This document shows, piece after piece, positions 31,991-33,721 of a stretch of 33,721 nt of DNA. Every line of letters starts with the position of its first letter. Position 1 is the first letter of the stretch. This DNA comes from an uncultured Christensenella sp. (GTDB lineage Bacteria; Bacillota; Clostridia; Christensenellales; UBA1242): positions 1 to 33,721 of the forward strand of contig CAYIZA010000004.1 in NCBI GenBank assembly GCA_964367965.1, in the 5' to 3' direction. Under the pieces are notes generated by a model. That model did no database searches, was not told where the DNA came from, and saw only the letters and a program-made list of their open reading frames with translations. The position numbers and the translations under genes were made by a program.

Positions 31991-33222
31991 GAAAAGGCTT
32001 TTTATTTATTGTTCTGTTTGCCCTGTTTGTATGTGTTTTGGGCGGGGGCTTGGGTATGATAACAGAACCTAACTCCCCTTCACAATTCAATCAGTCACTT
32101 TCTGCAGAAAGCACTGATGAGCCCGATATCCAGGAAGAACTGGACGGCACTGTCGATGAGCAACTCAACGGCTTTGACTTCGATGGACTGCAGTCCATAT
32201 TGGACGGTCTCTCTGACGAAGGGCGGAATATATTCGGTTCCGGCAGTTTTTGGGACAAGCTCAACCGGTTGCTCTCGGGCGACTTCGGCGACGGCTACGG
32301 CGGATTTTTTCAGGCTATTCTGGCGGTGTTATTTGAGGAGTTTGTTGCGCTGATTCCTATGCTGGCAACCATTGTGGTGGTGACCATACTGGGCAGCATT
32401 ATATCAGGTATAAAAAGCAAGGAGAGCGAGGGCAGTGTCGGTCAGATAATTGAATTTGTGTGCTTTGGTGTAGTGGTGGTTATTGTCAGCGCCGTGGTGA
32501 TAGGGCTGCTGCAGTCCTCGGTAGCGGTGGTGCAGTCTATACAGACCCAGATGAATTTGATTTTTCCTATTTTGTTGACCCTGCTTGCCGGAGTGGGCGG
32601 CACGGTGTCTGCCGGAATATTCCAGCCAGCGGTGGCGATTCTGTCTGGTGTCATTGTAAATATATTTCTGGCAGTAATTGTACCGCTCTTCGTATTTCTC
32701 TTTGTCTTTGTGGTGGTAGGACACCTTTCACCCTCGGTCAAACTGGATAAGTTTATTTCCTTCATCTCCAGCATTTTTAAGTGGACGGCAGGCATATGCT
32801 TTAGTGTCTTTCTGGGTGTTTTAATGGTTCATGGCATTGTAGCGGGCTCCTTTGACAGCGTCAGCATCCGGGCAACACGCTTTGCTATAAAGAGTTATAT
32901 TCCTATTTTGGGCGGGTATTTATCTGACGGCTTTAATCTGATTATGGCTAGCAGTGTAATCATCAAAAATGTGGTTGGACTTGCTGGCATACTGCTGCTG
33001 TTCGCCTCGGTGCTGACCCCTATAATACAAATAATAGTCTCGGTGTTGCTGCTCCGGCTGACCGCCGCCATACTGGAACCCGTGGTCGGGGCTGGCAGAA
33101 TCCCGGAATTCCTTCAAAAGGTCGCCAAAACACTTAACCTGCTGGTTATGATAGTTGCTGGGGTCGCTTTTATGTATGTTATCACCATAGGTATGATTCT
33201 TTGCACCGCCAATGTGGTGTAG
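31987..33222 (+). CDS. spoIIIAE: Stage III sporulation protein AE
   Basis: ATGA overlap with spoIIIAD. A signal-like N-terminus and an acidic linker precede about seven TM helices. Size, topology and operon position match SpoIIIAE. Confidence 0.88.
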   Translation: MRKGFLFIVLFALFVCVLGGGLGMITEPNSPSQFNQSLSAESTDEPDIQEELDGTVDEQLNGFDFDGLQSILDGLSDEGRNIFGSGSFWDKLNRLLSGDFGDGYGGFFQAILAVLFEEFVALIPMLATIVVVTILGSIISGIKSKESEGSVGQIIEFVCFGVVVVIVSAVVIGLLQSSVAVVQSIQTQMNLIFPILLTLLAGVGGTVSAGIFQPAVAILSGVIVNIFLAVIVPLFVFLFVFVVVGHLSPSVKLDKFISFISSIFKWTAGICFSVFLGVLMVHGIVAGSFDSVSIRATRFAIKSYIPILGGYLSDGFNLIMASSVIIKNVVGLAGILLLFASVLTPIIQIIVSVLLLRLTAAILEPVVGAGRIPEFLQKVAKTLNLLVMIVAGVAFMYVITIGMILCTANVV

Positions 33223-33231
33223 GAGGTGAAG

Positions 33232-33720
33232 ATGAGTTCAGTTTCGCTCTATTTGCTGAGTATTGTCGGCGTGGTTATGCTCACCGTGCTGATTGATCTC
33301 GTTATGCCCAGCGGTCAGATCAATAAATATATCAAAGGGGTAATGTCGCTGGTGATTATTTTTGTCATAGCCAGCCCAATACCAAACATACTGAAAAATG
33401 GAATTGATTTTAGTGCGATATTCCAAACCTCCACCGTGGTTGTTGACGAGGGCTATATGGAGACAATTAAAAATCAGCAGATTCGGACAGTGGAGAGCAG
33501 TCTGGAGAACTTGCTGGACACTGCGGGTATCTCAGGTGCTGAGATTCAAATATGGGCGACCCTGGAGGAGAACAAATTGAAAATTTCCCATATTTTTGTC
33601 GAAACCTCAAAGGTCGTTCTATCGGAGGAAAATGCGCATATAGATAAGTATGCTGTGATAACAAAACTGATTGTCGGGCAGACAGGAGTAAGTGAGGAGC
33701 AGGTGGTATTCAATGGGTAA
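33232..33720 (+). CDS. spoIIIAF: Stage III sporulation protein AF
   Basis: ATG 33232 lies 5 nt after AGGAGG (33221-33226); the track start GTG 33226 lies inside the SD. LLSIVGVVMLTVLIDLVMPSGQINKYIKGVMSLVIIFVIASPI resembles the SpoIIIAF N-terminus (IVLFILFAIVIDMLLPSSSMQKYAKMVVSLLLIVVMLTPI). An ATG at 33713 overlapping the stop may start spoIIIAG, but only 9 nt are visible. Confidence 0.75.
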   Translation: MSSVSLYLLSIVGVVMLTVLIDLVMPSGQINKYIKGVMSLVIIFVIASPIPNILKNGIDFSAIFQTSTVVVDEGYMETIKNQQIRTVESSLENLLDTAGISGAEIQIWATLEENKLKISHIFVETSKVVLSEENAHIDKYAVITKLIVGQTGVSEEQVVFNG

Positions 33721-33721
33721 A

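Noticed and set aside
1-33721. Search for a defence system, mobile element, prophage, or tRNA/rRNA genes
   Set aside because: Every ORF of at least 60 aa with an SD is accounted for by housekeeping or sporulation families or by the few hypothetical genes listed. I saw no nuclease/ATPase/methylase pairs, integrase, transposase, terminal inverted repeats or cloverleaf-capable segments.

Overview
This 33.7-kb window is an almost entirely co-directional block of core housekeeping genes from an endospore-forming Firmicute. Gene content looks Clostridia-like, but the taxon cannot be resolved from the sequence alone.

From 2885 to the right edge every gene is on the + strand, in this order:
- rplI, dprA-topA-hslV-hslU, hisS, trxA
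- an Rrf2 (IscR-like)-nifS-nifU Fe-S operon
- a 44-aa YtxH-like ORF, ruvX-DUF1292, rpsB-tsf
- an orphan ribbon-helix-helix gene, then frr-uppS-cdsA-rseP
- a 511-aa PolC-derived N-terminal/OB-fold/exonuclease protein and a 50-aa ORF
- nusA-ylxR-ylxQ-infB-rbfA-nrnA-truB
- an AP-endonuclease-2/xylose-isomerase-like TIM-barrel gene, efp, and spoIIIAA to spoIIIAF (the operon continues off the right edge)

The left 2.9 kb carries two minus-strand genes. One is a two-domain DUF1540 Cys-rich protein. The other is a 706-codon open frame that the ORF track misses because its stop lies outside the window. It encodes a membrane-anchored, acidic, repeat-rich surface protein.

I found no rRNA or tRNA, CRISPR array, transposase or integrase, prophage, or recognisable defence or toxin system. 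I do not think the window hides a multi-gene novel system. The best reading is a streamlined core region with several local oddities:
- the standalone PolC-like protein sitting in the polC slot
- the untracked surface protein
- an Rrf2 regulator whose conserved N-terminus can only be translated from an ATA codon
- Lys/Ala/Pro/Glu-rich tails on ribosomal protein S2 and on the DUF1292 protein
- the pyrH slot occupied by an RHH gene plus C/A-rich repeats
- an Arg32-type EF-P
- a duplicated trxA fragment
- a terminator-like hairpin in the nusA leader

All product calls rest on motif recognition by eye in the supplied or hand-made translations. No database search was run.
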